The translations under genes and the position numbers were made by a program. From contig NC_042997.1 of the NCBI RefSeq assembly GCF_006345805.1, forward strand, positions 113,150,001 to 113,214,000: DNA of 64,000 nucleotides, given 5' to 3'. The stretch's first letter is position 1; every line of letters starts with the position of its first letter. This document shows, in pieces, positions 1-11,850 of the stretch. Source of the stretch: Octopus sinensis (taxonomy: Eukaryota). Below the pieces are notes generated by a model. The model made no database searches. It was not told the origin of the DNA and was given only the letters and a program-made list of their open reading frames with translations.

Positions 1-678
1 TAAAAGCACCATCCGTTCGTGTCCATTGCCAGCCTGGCCTGGCCCCCGTGCTGGTGACACGTAAAAGCACCATCCGTTTGTGGCCGTTTGCCAGCCCCCT
101 GTCTGGCCCCCGTGCCGGTGACACGTAAAAGCACCATCCGTTCGTGGCCGTTTGCCAGCTCTGTCTGGCCCCCGTGCCGGTGACACGTAAAAGCACCATC
201 CGTTCGTGGCCGTTTGCCAGCCCTGTCTGGCCCCCATGTCGGTGACATGTAAAAGCACCATCCATTTGTGTCCGTTGCCAGCCTCGCCTGGCCCCCGTGC
301 CGGTGACACGTAAAAGCACCATCCGTTTTGTGGCCGTTTGCCAGCTCTGTCTGGCCCCCGTGTTGGTGGCACGTAAAAGCACCATCCGTTCGTGTCCGTT
401 GCCAGCCTCGCCTGGCCCCGTGCCGGTGACACGTAAAAGCACCATCCGTTCATAGCCGTTTGCCAGCTCTGTCTGGCACCTGTGCAGGTGGCACGTAAAA
501 AGCACCCACTGCACTCACGGAGTGGTTGGCGTTAGGAAGGGCATCCAGCCGTAGAAACACTGCCAGATCTGACTGGGCCTGATGAAGCCTTCCAGCTTCA
601 CAGACCCCAGTTGAACCGTCCAACCCATGCTAGCATGGAGAACGGACGCTAAATGATGATGATGATGATGATGATGAT
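1..678 (+). mobile_element. 3' UTR/tail of an RTE-type LINE family, with an internal ~60-bp tandem array (1-~500) and a (GAT)n tail
   Basis: About 8 copies of gtaaaagcaccatccgttcgtggccgtttgccagc...ctggcccccgtgccggtgacac run into the tail ...ttaggaagggcatccagc...ccaacccatgctagcatgga...(gat)n. The same tail directly follows RTE RT C-terminal coding sequence at 48400-49080. Dozens of tail copies occur on both strands (e.g. 6780-6930, 13820-14000, 23700-23880, 26130-26290, 44560-44720, 51460-51630, 58200-58350, 63240-63370). Confidence 0.8.
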
Positions 679-1204
679 GGTTTATTTTATTCTCAGGTTC
701 CCAATGTCATCGTCATCGTCATCATCATTTAATGTCTCTTCTCCATTCTGGCACAGGTTGGATGGTTTGGCAGAAACTGGCCAGCTGGAGAGCTGCTTGG
801 GCACCATTTTGTATGATTTGGCTGGGTTTCTCTGGATGGATGTCCTTCCTAATGCCAACCACTTTACAGAGTGTACTGGGTGCTCTTAATGTGACACCAG
901 CTTAGGTGCTTTTACATGGCATTAACACAGGTGCTTTTGCATGGCCAGCACAGGTGTTTTTATGTGGAATTGTCACAAATGTTTTTATGTGGCACCAACA
1001 TGTTTACATGACACCAGCACGGGTACTGCTTATGTGACACCAGCACAGGCACTCTTATGCAGTGCTGGCACAGGCACTTTTACATAGTACTACCAGCATG
1101 GGTGTTTTTACCTGATGCCAGCACCCATGAGCCTGCAGTACCAGGATCTCTCAGCCGAGAGAGAGGGACTTAGAGGATATACCTGTATTTATGGATGACC
1201 ACGT

Positions 1205-1772
1205 GGAGGCGCGTGGCTTAGTGGTTAGGGTGTCAGCATCATGATCGTAAGATTGTGGTTTTGATTCCTGGACCGGGCAATGCATTGTGTTTTTGAGCAA
1301 AACACTTCATTTCATGTTGCTCCAGTCCACTCAGCTGGCAAAAATAAGTAACACTATGATGGACTGGCATCCCGTCTAGCTGGGGAACACATACACCATT
1401 GAAACCGGTAAACTGGGCCCCGGTGAGCCTGGCTAGGCTTTAACAGGGCACATTTTGGAGGCGCTGTGGCCCAGTGGTTAGGGCAGCGGTCTCACAGTCA
1501 GAAGATCACGGTTTTAATTCCCAGACTGGGCATTGTGTATGTTTATTGAGCGAAAACACCTAAAAGTTCCAAGGGGCTCCGGCAGGGGTGGGTGGGTGGC
1601 GACCCCTGTGGTACTCTTTCGCCACAACTTTCTCTCACTCTCTCTTCTTGTTTCTTGAGTAACGCTGCAATGGACTGGCGTCCCGTCCAGCTGGGGGGAA
1701 CACATACTCCACAGAAACTGGGAAACTGGGCCCATGAGCCTGGATAGGCTTGAAAAGGGCGATGTTTATTGT
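1205..1772 (+). mobile_element. Two tandem tRNA-derived SINEs (family C; ~1205-1455 and ~1458-1772)
   Basis: Heads ggaggcgcgtggcttagtggttagg and ggaggcgctgtggcccagtggttagg carry an A-box and a degenerate B-box (gttttgattcc / gttttaattcc). Both bodies share gatggactggc(a/g)tcccgtc(t/c)agctgggg. Other heads lie at ~28120 and ~43113. Confidence 0.75.
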
Positions 1773-1774
1773 TA

Positions 1775-2000
1775 TGGACGACCACAATTTTACTTAACTT
1801 GATGTGTCTTCTCAAGCACAGCAAATTTCCAGAAGTCTCAGTCCCATGTCATTACCTCTGTGAGGCCCAAAGATCCTTTCTCACTACTTCATCCCACATG
1901 TTCCTGGGTCAACCCTTTCCGCACATTCCCTCCACAATTAATGATCAGCACTTCTTTACGCAGCTGTCCACATCCAAATGCAATGTATTTTCTTGTTTAA
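1775..2000 (-). mobile_element. Degenerate RTE LINE fragment (RT C-terminus)
   Basis: The reverse complement reads ...gatgtggacagctgcgtaaagaagtgctgatcattaattgtggagggaatgtgcggaaaagggttgacccaggaacatgtgggatgaagtagtgaga, homologous to the RTE C-terminal segment at 48411-48602. Confidence 0.65.
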
Positions 2001-2537
2001 CTCCTCTGGTTAGAACAGATATGGCTTCGTCTCAATCACGACAGCAGGCATAGTTGGACGGTTAAGAAGTTTACTTCACAACTGCATGGCTTTGAGTTCA
2101 ATCTCATTGCACTGCACTTTGGACAAATGTCTGATATGAAATTAAATAAATGACGAAAGAACAGGAAATTATGAAGTTCATTGCATAAATTCTTGCTCCT
2201 TTGTCTTCTATTCAATATCTGTCTGTCTGTCTATCTACACACACACACATGCACACAAACATTTATATATGTATATATGAACAATTATATATATATGTGT
2301 GTGTGTGTGTATGCGTGTATGTATATATATATGTATATATATATAACTCATGCTAGCATGGAAAGCGGACGTTAAACGATGATGATGATGATGATATATT
2401 CATATACACTCACACACACACACACGTATATGCATATGTATATATGCGTATGTATGTATATGCACATACACATTTTGCATATATATATTTATACACATAT
2501 ACTTATATGTATATATATCTATTTATGTGTGTGTGTG

Positions 2538-2584
<47 letters not shown>

Positions 2585-2997
2585 TCACACACACATATGG
2601 AGGTAAGTAAACAACTGCACCTACTTCCTAGCCCAACAAAATATATTTTACGAAATATGTTTACTTCTCTTTATGTATGCAATAAAAATCTTTTTTTTCC
2701 TCAAAGTTATTCCCATAAGTTATTTCTGCTTGAAACACAAAACAGATGATTGTTGGCAGCCGTTCCTATGAGTGGATTACGTCAACATTTTAAACAGATT
2801 TTGGTGCCAAATATGTGTTGTGGATTTCTACTCTTGAAGGATGGAATGACTAAAAGGACTTCTGTTACATTACAAGAATCTACACATAGCTTTCTTCCTG
2901 CTAGAAACTTCTTAGAAAGGATGGAATTTGCTTCTTAACTTAGCAAAGCATTAAAATAATTTCAAAAACCTGAAACAATACCAAAACCATAATAATA

Positions 2998-3408
2998 CTC
3001 TCTTTTACTCTTTTACTTGTTTCAGTCATTTGACTGTGGTCATGTTGGAGCACCTTTAGTCAAATAAAATCGATCCCAGCACTTATTCTTTGTAAGCCTA
3101 GTACTTATTTTATCAGTCTCTTTTTGCTGAACTGCTAGGTGACGGGGACATAGATACTCCAGCATCGGTTGTCAAGCAATGGTGGGGGGTGGGGTGGGAC
3201 AAACACAGACACAAACACATACATACATGTATATACGTATAGATATATATACGACGGGCTTCTTTCAGTTTCTGCCTACCAAATCCACTAACAAGGCTTT
3301 GGTCGGCCCGAAGCTATAGCAGAAGACACTTGCCCAAGGTGCCATGCAGTAGGACTGAACCCAGAGCCATGTGGTTGGTAAGCAAGCTTCTTACCACACA
3401 GCCATTCC
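2998..3408 (-). mobile_element. tRNA-derived SINE, family A (CORE-like ccttgggcaagt segment, internal TA/TG microsatellite)
   Basis: Reverse complement of the family-A sequence seen at 3930-4320 and 5571-6038. Confidence 0.8.
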
Positions 3409-3410
3409 TG

Positions 3411-3629
3411 ATAATAATGATGATGATAATAATAATAATAGTAATAATAATTATGATGATGATGATGATAATAATAATAGTAATAATAATTATGATGATG
3501 ATGATAATAATAATAGTAATAATAATTATGATGATGATGATAATAATAATAGTAATAATAATTATGATGATGATAATAATAATAATAATGATGATGATAA
3601 TAATAATAGTAATAATAATAATAATAATA
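3411..3629. repeat. Compound AAT/GAT microsatellite with a higher-order period of roughly 33-36 bp
   Basis: Repeated block (aat)3 agt (aat)2 aattat (gat)n. It generates the N/D-, I- and Y/H-rich pseudo-ORFs. Confidence 0.9.
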
Positions 3630-3929
3630 TACGAAATTTGATGTAACACTTCTTGAAGGTAAATACACAATAAGACGAGCATAATGCGATATATTATAAA
3701 ATATAGATTGACTGTGTTTATTGAACTGAAATGAAAAACGTAGAAAAATGCAGAAATACAAAATCAAGATGAGAGTAAACAAAGTTTACTTTAGAAACAT
3801 TGAGATGTATGGAAAGATACAGAAATAATTTCATTCTTAAACGCATGATAATACTAATAAAATTGCATGAACAGGATGAGCTATCCATATATTGTATGGC
3901 TGGCCAGTCACGGATTTTTCTGCAATATA

Positions 3930-4320
3930 CAGGTGCAGGAGTGGCTGTGTGGTAAGTAGCTTGCTTACCAACCACATGGTTCTGGGTTCAGTCCCACTGT
4001 ATGGCACCTTGGGCAAGTGTCTTCTACTATAGCCTTGGGCCGACCAAAGCCTTGTGAGTGGATTTGGTAGACGGAAACTGAAAGAAGCCCGTCGTGTTTG
4101 TGTGTATATATATGTGTGTGTGTATGTATATGTTTGTGTGTCTGTGTTTGTCCCCGCAACTGATGTTGGAGTGTTTATGTCCCTGTCAAATAGCGGTTCG
4201 GCAAGAGAGACCGATAGAATAAGTACTAGGCTTACAAAGAATAAGTCCTGTGGTCGATTTGCTTGACTAAAGGTAGTGCTCCAGCATGGCCACAGTCAAA
4301 TGACTGAAACAAATAAAAGA
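3930..4320 (+). mobile_element. tRNA-derived SINE, family A
   Basis: ggtgcaggagtggctgtgtggtaagtagcttgc...gggttcagtccc...ccttgggcaagtgtcttctac...gactgaaacaaataaaaga. Further copies lie at ~14425-14810 (+), ~16165-16562 (-), ~47741-48100 (-) and ~63390-63545 (-). Confidence 0.8.
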
Positions 4321-4845
4321 ATATTGATAGCTTATCCTGTTCATGCTATTTTATTTGCATTATGATGGCTTTGAGAATACATTTGTTCCTGTATCTTACA
4401 AAATCAAGAATGTCTTGTATTTTTCATTTTAAACTTGGAGAAGCCAGACATTGAGATGTTGTTCAATTCAGTAAACAAAGTTAGTTTGGGTTTTATTATA
4501 TATTGCGTCTATTCTTCTAATAATAATTATACAAATCCCTTATTTTCACTGATCCCAACAGAATTTGAACTCAGAACACAGACAGATGAAATGCCACTAA
4601 GCATATCGTCTAACATGCTAATGATTCTCTACCAGCTCACCATCTTAATAATAATAATAATAATAATAATCCTTTCTACTGTAGGCACAAGGCCTGAAAT
4701 TTGAGGGGAGGGATTAAGTCAATTATATCGACCCCACAGTGGAATTTGAACTCAGAACGTAATGGCAGACGAAATACTGCTAAGCATTTCGCCAGACGTG
4801 CTAACAATTCTGCCAGCTCACTGCGTTAACAATAACAACAACAAC

Positions 4846-4891
<46 letters not shown>

Positions 4892-5570
4892 GTAATAATG
4901 ATGACAGTTTCAAATTCACAAGGCCAGCAATTTTGGGGGAGTGGGTAAAAACTTGTAGTTATTTTATTGACTCCGAAAGAATGAAAGGCTAAGTTGACCT
5001 TGGCAGGGTTTGAACTCAGAATATAAAAACAGATGAAATATCATCAAGCATTTCGTCCAGTCTGCTAACGATTCTGCCAGCTGGCTGCCATTCAGATTTT
5101 ACTACAATGCAATTTTTGGTGAGTGTGGTTAGTTGATGGCATTGCCTCACAGTACTAGGCTGGTACTTACTTTATTGACTCCCCACCAACCAAAAGGATG
5201 AAAGACAAAGTTGACTTCGGCAGGAATTGAACTCAGAATGTAAAGAGTTGGAAGAAATGCCATCAAGCAATTTATTTGACAGCTCACCACCTTAATAATA
5301 ATGTCAACAATAATTGTTTTTGTCCAACCTCTGCCAGCATGGAAAGTGAACATTAAATGATTTAAGCACAAGGCCAGCAATTTTGATAGAACAGCATTAG
5401 TTTTGTTGTAGTTGATGGTGATGGTAAGGCAAAGAAAAGGTGGGTGCATTTGGTTGCTTATGACTGAGAACATCCAGGGACACCTACAGGATTGATGCAA
5501 GAAGCAGTTCTCTTTCTGAAGAGAGATATCAAAATTGTTAGAGGTGTCAGTGAAATACATATAAACTATA

Positions 5571-5732
5571 GGAGTAGGAGTGGCTGTGTGGTAAGTACCT
5601 TGCTTAACAACCACATGGTTACGGTTTCATTCCCATTGTGTGGCACCTTGGGCAAGTGTCTTTAACTATAGCCTCAGGCCAACCAAAGCCTTGTGAGTGG
5701 ATTTGGTACACAGAAACTGAAAGAAGCCTGTC

Positions 5733-5807
<75 letters not shown>

Positions 5808-6038
5808 GTGTGTGTGTGTGTATGTTTGTGTATATGTTTGTGTGTCTGTTCGTCCCCCCAACATCGCTTGACAATTGATGCTGGTGTGTTTACTTCACTG
5901 AAAATTAGCAGTTCAGCAAAAGAGACCGATAGAATAAGTACTAGGCTTATAAAGAATAAGTCCTGGGGTCGATTTGCTCGACTAAAGGAAGTGCTCCACC
6001 ATGGCTGCAGTCAAATGACTGAAACAAGTAAAAGAGTA
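5571..6038 (+). mobile_element. tRNA-derived SINE, family A
   Basis: Full head-to-tail match to the 3930-4320 copy, with an expanded internal (TA)n. Confidence 0.8.
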
Positions 6039-6167
6039 TTTTTCAATAATGAATATAAATTATTTTCTAGAGAATAAAGTATCCAGGAGATCAGAACATT
6101 GCTGGAATTGAAAGATAATCTGAAAATATCAGTATAAAAAATATGGAAACATAAAAGAAACACAAAC

Positions 6168-6335
6168 CATCTTTATCAAAAAACTTTTCTGATGCCTTTA
6201 AATCGGGATCCAAGGTGATTGATCTATCAGAATTGATATCGATGTTGTAAAACAAAATCAGTGCATCTTTAACGGAACCATATTTGTCCTTGTTAAATTT
6301 GGTCAGGAATTCTTCAGTACTAATTGCCTGGTCTT
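6168..6335 (-). CDS. Internal exon of a secreted EF-hand protein gene (EF2 loop, EF3, start of EF4)
   Basis: Acceptor tctcctttcacag|, donor G|gtttgt. The exon is 168 nt, phase 1-1, and encodes (K)DQAISTEEFLTKFNKDKYGSVKDALILFYNIDINSDRSITLDPDLKASEKFFDKD(G). It completes the loop DSDKDQAISTEE begun in the previous exon. Confidence 0.88.
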
Positions 6336-6989
6336 CTGTGAAAGGAGAACACAATAACGAAGAATTTAATGACTGAATAATGGAAAAAATAAACAAAGAC
6401 TAAAGAATAATTGGAAATCCTTGTTGTAAATCAAAACCAATTAGTCGGAGGAGAGGTAAAATTGAGATAATCAATAATTACAATTGTTATTGTTAATAAA
6501 GCAGATGGTGTTAATTGAAAGGAGTGGCTGATTGGAAGGTTAATAAACATAAAACTGTGATCAATTTATCTTATTTTTAGTCTATCATTTTTGTAATTAT
6601 TAAATGAAAAGAAGGAGGAAATCGTCAATACAGTTGACGGGTAGGGGTTGGGGTTTGATAAAACTTTCCCTCTTCTTGATAAAACATGCCCCCCCCCCTC
6701 AACAAGACATCACTGTACTAGACTTTGCCGTTTCTTATGTTTTGATACACTCCTAAGCAATTCATCATCGTCATCGTCATCATCATCATTTAGTGTCTGC
6801 TTTCCATGCTGGCATGGGTTGGATGGTTTGACTGAAAACTGGTAAGCTGGAGAGCTGCACCAGGTTCCAATCTGACTTGGCAAGGTTTCTATGGCTGGGT
6901 GCCCTTCCTAATGCCAACCACTCCGAGAATATTTTGGACAGTTTATGATTGGGGATCTTCTTGTATTTAGGGAACTGCATCATTAATGT

Positions 6990-7380
6990 CTTTTATCTTT
7001 TACTTGTTTCCGTCATTCAGACTGTGGCCATGCTGGGGCACCACCTTGAAGAAATTTAGTCTAATGAATTGACCCCAGTACTTACATTTTTTAAGCATTG
7101 TACTTATTCTACCAGTCTCTTTTGCCAGACTGCTAAGTTACGGAGGTGTAAATACACCAACTCTGTTTGTGAAGCAGTGATGGGGGACAAACACAGACAG
7201 ACAGACAGACACACACACACAGATGATGTGCCTCTTTCAGTTTCCATCTACAAAATCCACTCACAAGGCTTTGGTTGGCCTGAGTTATAACAAGATATTC
7301 ACCCAAGGTGTCATGCAGTAGGACTGAACTCAGAACCATGTGGTTGGGAAGCAAGCTTCTTACCACACAGCCCTGCCTGC
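6990..7380 (-). mobile_element. tRNA-derived SINE, family A
   Basis: Reverse complement of family A; inverted relative to the 5571-6038 copy. Confidence 0.78.
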
Positions 7381-7559
7381 TCCTTTGTATATGTTCACAT
7401 ATTTTGTATGCTATGTATATGTGTATCTTAATTAACTCGCCTTTTCTCCTTTCCTTCTCCTCATCCTTTTACGTAAACCCCCAACACATTGTAAGCTGTC
7501 CTTATAATGTACCTGATGGCCCTGTTACAAATAAACCATCATCATCATCATCATCATTA

Positions 7560-7900
7560 TCGTCATTATTATTATTATAAAGCTTGTTACATTCTACTTT
7601 GCTTGGCAGCGATGTTATCTTCAAGTTTGGTGACAGCAAGTTTCTTTGAATCTCAAGAATTTTTCTTAAGATTCTTGCAGAATGCAAGATGGCACTTACT
7701 TTGCAGGTCACCAATGCAAGTGTCAATTCCAATCTATTTCAGTCTCTTAGGTAGCAGTTGAGTGTTGTGCTAATTGCATCAATTAACACTGGAATAATTG
7801 ACTTCCAAAATCTCCTCATCTCTTGATAGTTCGCAATTTTCTAAATTCATTTGGCATCCATCCTATTATCTTATGGTATTGTAAAGTCTATGATCATATA
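7560..7900 (-). mobile_element. Old 3' fragment of an RLE-type (R4/Dong-like) LINE
   Basis: ORF 7502-7732 contains SAILHSARILRKILEI, resembling the C-terminal ALLGTAHILRRTLSI of the Dong copy at 34568. It is flanked by AAT-type repeats. Confidence 0.5.
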
Positions 7901-8444
7901 GTATTTAGATTATTATTATTATTATTATTATTGGCCAGAAGGGGCAGGCAATTTTTATTTGTCTCTTGGCTGTAGCGAAAGAGGTAGTATGGTGGACCCA
8001 TTTGAAAGGGCTAAAGACAGACACTTTCCTCTTTGGCCAAGTCCTCATCAACTTTTTCATGGGTTACTAAAAAATAATGTGCTAGTTAAGTACTAGGGGT
8101 CAATGTAATTGATTTATCCCTCCCACTAAAATTGCTGGTTCTGCCAATATTTGAAAAAAAATTATTAATTTAAAGGCAACACATTAAAAGCTTTCTTTTT
8201 TTTACAAAGAGACATTTTCTAATCTAGCTTTGTAAAACTCTAAAATCCACATGAAGATTGTTTGACTTGCTAGAAATATCAGCCAGACACTAGCGTAGTT
8301 AGAGTGTGTGTCATCTGGGGCAGCCCTTCTGTTTGCTGTCCCCAGACCCCACAAAAGACAACATAAAACCGGATGAAAAGTGCCACCCGGGGTGGACTGC
8401 CCCTAGTGTTTTCCCGCTGCCGCTATGCAAGGTGATGTGCTGGC

Positions 8445-8660
8445 AGAAACGTTAGCACGCCAGGCGAAATGTGTAGCTGCATTTTGTCTGCCACTACATT
8501 GTGAGCTCAAATTCTGCCGAGGTCGACTTTGCCTTTCAGCCTTTAGGGGTCGATTAAATAAGTATCAGTTACACACTGGGGTGGATATAATCGACTTAAT
8601 CCCGTTGTCTGTCTTTGTTTGTCCCCTCTGTGTTTAGCCCCTTGTGGGTATTAAAGAAAT
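8445..8660 (+). mobile_element. tRNA-derived SINE, family B (long-tail form)
   Basis: gctggcagaaacgttagcacgccaggcgaaatg...gagctcaaattctgccgaggtcgactttgcctttc...ccccttgtggg. Similar copies lie at ~30020-30235 (-), ~30960-31205 (+) and ~60415-60630 (-). Confidence 0.75.
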
Positions 8661-8854
8661 AGCTATGCAAGTGCAGCCAGACTTTCCACTATAAAAGGAA
8701 GGACAAGTATGAAAAAATAAAAAAATAAATGTATGCTATGTTAATCCCTGGGATGCTTTTGACATTAGTCTCTTCTAGATTAGGAATGGCTAAGCAACAA
8801 CAACAACAACAACACCAGCAACAACTTTGTAAAAGTGTAAAATGAAGAACTTAC

Positions 8855-8985
8855 TGTCTGAATCAAAAGACATGAAGGCCGATTCCAGTTCTGTGTAGGT
8901 GAGTTGTTGGTCTGTGTTGTTGTCAGCTAATATGAATAACTTTCTGGCTTCATCCTTGTTTTTCCATCTATCACTTGGATGACAT
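8855..8985 (-). CDS. Internal exon of the secreted EF-hand protein gene (EF1, start of EF2)
   Basis: Acceptor ctgtttctcag|, donor A|gtaagt. The exon is 131 nt, phase 2-1, and encodes CHPSDRWKNKDEARKLFILADNNTDQQLTYTELESAFMSFDSD, with EF loop DNNTDQQLTYTE. Confidence 0.88.
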
Positions 8986-9117
8986 CTGAGAAACAGTGGA
9001 GAAATATAATTGGGCATAAATCAATACATATATATATATAGGGTTAGCCAAAATCATTCGACTGTAAATACTATCTGTAATTCTGTATTGACTCAAATGG
9101 AAAAATGTGTCACTCAA

Positions 9118-9150
<33 letters not shown>

Positions 9151-9180
9151 CACATATACATGCATACATATATACATACA

Positions 9181-9577
9181 TACAATATGTGGTGAATTTA
9201 TGGAACAAAGTCCCATAAAACTCATCAGTTTAGTTCAAAATGGAGGAAACAAGTTATTAAAATATGTAAGAAGTTTAATTCTTGCAGATGATCGTTTCAT
9301 ACAGAGATATAATAATAATGTAAATTCATGATTGAATTAGATTAAATTAATTACATATCAACGTAATCTTCAATGCAGAAAGTAAAAACCATAATACAAA
9401 AATAATTGAGAAGGAATATTAGCAGAAAAATTGAACCTAGGAGATTCCTATTTTTATCCGTGAGAAAGAGATGTAAGTCATGTTGGATATATAACCATAA
9501 CAACTCGTTTCTTCCATTTTTAACTAAATTGAAGAGTTTTGTGAAACTTCATTCCATAAATTCACCAAACATTATAT
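9181..9577. mobile_element. MITE with ~70-bp terminal inverted repeats, TA-flanked (Tc1/mariner-type by inference)
   Basis: ggtgaatttatggaac...aaaatggaggaaacaagtt (9190-9254) is the imperfect reverse complement of aactcgtttcttccattttt...ttccataaattcacc (9503-9565). Both ends lie in TA-rich sequence. Confidence 0.65.
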
Positions 9578-9730
9578 ACAAGTAATACTTTTATATCTTT
9601 GCAAATTTACGCCTGTAAGCTACCAGCAAAGTCTGAAGAATCAACATTTGACATATTTTCTGGAAACCTCCAAATTAAAGCATGAATCCACATTCAACCT
9701 TTATACACCTATATTACACATATATATATA

Positions 9731-9761
<31 letters not shown>

Positions 9762-9799
9762 CATATATTGAAACACTCCTGACACAACCTGGGACCATG

Positions 9800-10450
9800 A
9801 AGACTGCTTAAATGCAAGAAAGTATACTAGTCCCTTAATATTTGATACTCAATATTTCATCTTGGGAATTCCTTGTCCGATTTACACGAAACTTCTGTTA
9901 TTCCCTGTCTGTTCACATTTCAATGGTACCTTATTTTCAAAGCACTTTTCCCATTATACGCTGGTTTGGCTATTTACAAAGGTACCCGAAAAAACCACAT
10001 ATCTCCGTAACCTGTGGTCTGATTTACACAAAACTTTGTTCCATTTGTATTCACCTGAGCATCCAATTGATGATGCCTCCTACCTTTGTCTCTTTCCCTC
10101 TGTTTTGCCAGACGCTCAGCTCTCAGAGATTCCTGATCTCTCCTGCTTTTGTCTCTTTCCTTCTGCTCTGGCAGATGCTTGGCCCTTGCTTTATCAATCT
10201 CATTGATCCTTCTATTTGCATTTCTGTCCTGATACTGGGTAAATATTTTGTAAAGGACCTGTTTGTACAGGTTTATTTCAAGTGTATTTCAAGATTTTTC
10301 CATGGATTTTTTTTCAAACGCATTCAACATATCTCACCTCCAAACTATCACAAGCCACTTTCTTCCAGAAAAGAAAGGGGGAAGGGCTGTGGGGACCTCA
10401 GAGTTTCCCGGGAAACTCTGAGTTTTCCACCAACGGAATTTTGTTTTGTG
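9800..10450 (+). mobile_element. Putative DINE-1/Helentron-like non-autonomous element
   Basis: Subterminal inverted pair tgcaagaaagt (9813-9823) / actttcttcca (10357-10367), followed by a perfect 26-bp palindrome at 10397-10422. Internal ccgatttacacgaaactt / ctgatttacacaaaactt motifs and a short internal duplication (10081-10200). Confidence 0.45.
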
Positions 10451-10785
10451 AATTTTTTCTTTCTTTTCCAGGTTATTTCACATGCTTTCAATGAATGTGA
10501 CATTGAAATTACACATAAACAGCTCCTTTCTGTCAAAAGGGCGGAGGATCTCATGAATAGTCAACATACACACATACAAATATATTTACATAGAGCATAA
10601 AAAATGCAGAATATTATGAAGAGAATATATATAATTTCTTAACTTGACAGCTGTTTCAGGAAGCTCAGATTTACACAATAATCATAATGTTCATCATTTG
10701 CAAATGGAATGTGCAAAAAGTCTTAGGTATGCAACCAGTAAATAATCACACACATATTACTGTTAGTCTGACTCACTTCATCAAG

Positions 10786-10829
<44 letters not shown>

Positions 10830-11209
10830 TCACACACATATATACACACCCACCCACTTGTCTACATATTTATTTCAGTAGCATGCTCATTAAAAAGTGA
10901 TATAACGAATTTATTATTCAATAAGCCAATGAATATGTATGTAAGATGTCTTGCAGATCAAATGTATCAATCATTCATCGTATTCGTTTGGGAACAGAGA
11001 AATAACGAAGGAAAGAAAATAAAACAAAAATATGTAGATAAATAATAAATAAACGAAATATATAACAATAATTGCCGGATCTTTTCCTACACCTTGTTCT
11101 TGATATATAACTCTGTATTTAATCGATTGTGGTTTGGTTCTTGTAACAGTCAGAATATACATGGAATTTACAATGTATAAGGTGAGGTATTTATGAATAA
11201 AGATGGCAT

Positions 11210-11570
11210 GGGAGAGAGAGAGAGAGAGAGAGCGAGAGACGGAGTAGAGTGGGAGGGAGAGAGGGGAAGTAGGTAGAGAGAGGGAGTAAGATAGTGAAAG
11301 TAAAGGAGAAAGATGGAAAGAGAGAGAGAGAGTGGAAAGATGCTGGTTGTTAGAGAGAGTGGTAGAGATAGAGATATGGAGAAGAAGGTTAAGTTGAGAG
11401 ATAGAGAGAGAGAGAGAGAGGGAGAGAGATAAAGATAAATAAGTAGAGGTAGAGAGATAGAAAGAGAAAAAGAGAGATAAAGATAAATAAGTAGCGGTAG
11501 AGAGATAGGCAGAAAGAGAAAAGGAGAGAAAGAGAGAGAAAGAGAGAAGTAGAGAGAGTAAGGCATCCAA
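11210..11570. repeat. GA-rich polypurine tract
   Basis: About 360 bp of almost pure purines on the + strand. It gives the S/L-rich pseudo-ORFs. Confidence 0.9.
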
Positions 11571-11779
11571 ATAATCAGTCCGTTCGATTTGTTAAAGCTG
11601 AATTGATTTAAATATATCGTTCGAATGACGTTTAAAACAAATAAACGATGCTGGGATCGTATTTTTGTTGTTTCTTGTTATTTTCTTGTTCTTTTTTTGT
11701 TTTAGTTTGGTTTCTTTGTTGCTTCTCCAGTTTGTCTTGTTCCCCTCCATTTTTTTTGTCAAAGCTGTTTCTGGAGAGA

Positions 11780-11818
11780 ACTACTACTACTACTACTACT
11801 ACTACCAACACCACCACC

Positions 11819-11850
<32 letters not shown>

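Noticed and set aside
1-500. CRISPR-like appearance of the 60-bp array (also the 16-, 22- and 26-bp arrays)
   Set aside because: The units are contiguous tandem repeats with no unique spacers, there are no cas genes, the context is eukaryotic, and they are embedded in LINE 3' UTRs.
1205-1290. tRNA genes at SINE heads (also 26590-26640, 43113-43190)
   Set aside because: A and B boxes are present but there is no complete cloverleaf or acceptor stem, and they continue into SINE bodies.
9611-9655. Alternative first exon MSNVDSSDFAGSLQ(A) for the EF-hand gene
   Set aside because: It is phase-compatible, but the splice context is weaker and it lacks a signal peptide. The 17491-17552 exon has consensus splice sites and a hydrophobic core.
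9842-10600. 252-aa plus-strand ORF
   Set aside because: It has no recognisable motif and lies within the putative DINE-1-like repeat, antisense to an intron of the EF-hand gene.
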